In this document: piece after piece, positions 63,331 through 64,000 of the stretch | Position numbering within the stretch: position 1 is the first letter of the stretch | How the letters are laid out: each line of letters starts with the position of its first letter | Source of the DNA: Vicinamibacteria bacterium | GTDB lineage: Bacteria > Acidobacteriota > Vicinamibacteria > Marinacidobacterales > Marinacidobacteraceae | Direction of reading: 5' to 3' | NCBI GenBank assembly: GCA_964291235.2 | Contig: OZ219815.1 | Span: 916,645 to 980,644 of the forward strand | Length of the DNA stretch: 64,000 nt | The notes under the pieces: generated by a model | Databases searched by the model: none | What the model was told of the DNA's origin: nothing | Seen by the model: only the letters and a program-made list of their open reading frames with translations | Position numbers and translations under genes: made by a program

Positions 63331-64000
63331 ATGTTGCTGATCAAGATCGGTGGAGGCGCGTCGATCAACCTGGAGGGCATTGCGGCCGATCTTGCCGAGA
63401 CCGAGCCGCCGTTCGTGATCATCCACGGCGCGAACGCGTTGCGGGATGCGCTCGGCCGACGCCTCGGCGTCGAAAAGCGGGTGCTGACCTCGGTGTCCGG
63501 CTACACCAGCGTTCACACCGATTCCGACGCTTTGGACCTCATCCTCATGGCCTACGCCGGGCTGGCCAACAAACGGATCGTCGAGCTTCTGCAACAGCGC
63601 GGCGTAAACGCCGTCGGGCTCACCGGCCTCGACGGGGCGCTGGTCCGCGGCCGGAGGAACCGGGGAATCCGGATCCGGGAGGGCGGCAAGACCTTGATCC
63701 GGCGCGACCTGTCCGGAAAGCCCGCCGGGGTGAACGGCGACCTGCTGCGGCTGCTGCTGAACGCGGGATTCACGCCGGTGCTGACGATTCCCGTTCTCGA
63801 TGAGCGGGGCTTCGCCATCAATTCGGAGAACGACGACATCCTGGCCGCACTGCATGAGGAAATGCGCGCCGATCAGGTCATCCAGCTGATCGAGGCGCCG
63901 GGCTTTCTGGAAGACCAAGACGACCCCGCTTCGGTGGTCGTCCGCATGGGGCGCTCCGAGGTCGAGCAGCGGGAGGCGCAGGTGAGCGGACGCATGAAGC
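63331..64000 (+). CDS. lysZ: [LysW]-aminoadipate/glutamate kinase (acetylglutamate-kinase family), 3' end beyond the window
   Basis: Not in the ORF track because it runs off the edge. From the ATG at 63331: MLLIKIGGGASINLEGIAADLAE..FVIIHGANALRDALG...GLTGLDG...NSENDDILAAL. The frame is open to position 64000. Confidence 0.85.
   Translation, partial: MLLIKIGGGASINLEGIAADLAETEPPFVIIHGANALRDALGRRLGVEKRVLTSVSGYTSVHTDSDALDLILMAYAGLANKRIVELLQQRGVNAVGLTGLDGALVRGRRNRGIRIREGGKTLIRRDLSGKPAGVNGDLLRLLLNAGFTPVLTIPVLDERGFAINSENDDILAALHEEMRADQVIQLIEAPGFLEDQDDPASVVVRMGRSEVEQREAQVSGRMK

Overview
High-G+C bacterial chromosome segment centred on the replication origin. The backbone is housekeeping: rpmH-rnpA-yidD-yidC-rsmG-parS-parA-parB-bactofilin on the + strand, diverging from dnaA-[oriC]-dnaN-gyrB-gyrA on the - strand. 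Further housekeeping genes are an F1Fo ATP synthase operon lacking the a and c subunits, two tRNAs, rsmI, a glmU-like gene, uvrD/pcrA, pyrE and fabH. A LysW-type amino-group-carrier cluster (lysW-lysX-argC/lysY-GATase-lysZ) runs off the 3' end.

Four genes are absent from the ORF track and were read directly from the sequence:
- a CocE/NonD hydrolase running off the 5' edge (1..1398, -)
- rpmH (25615..25749)
- lysW (60389..60553)
- lysZ running off the 3' edge (63331..64000)

The less ordinary content is:
1. An elb-like ether-lipid cluster (HAD hydrolase, LarA-like protein, a giant reductase/adenylase/ACP/acyltransferase fusion, an SDR), flanked by other lipid genes.
2. A visibly lower-G+C, self-contained operon of three exported proteins of unknown function, one being a Tat-signal plus zinc-ribbon mini-protein.
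3. Two unclassified families of structured intergenic repeats. One is tandemly amplified (3 x ~186 bp) in front of a pair of paralogous small membrane proteins. The other has a copy abutting oriC.
4. A recent 242-bp duplication of a TPR gene's 3' end.
5. Two genes whose only plausible start is a CTG overlapping the upstream TGA (CTGA).
6. Single-base frameshifts in uvrD, atpA and the elbD-like gene, which may be assembly errors.

I recognised no transposase, integrase, phage gene, CRISPR array or rRNA. Many long ORFs in the track are antisense or out-of-frame shadows typical of high-G+C DNA. The phylum guess (Acidobacteriota-like) is inference only.
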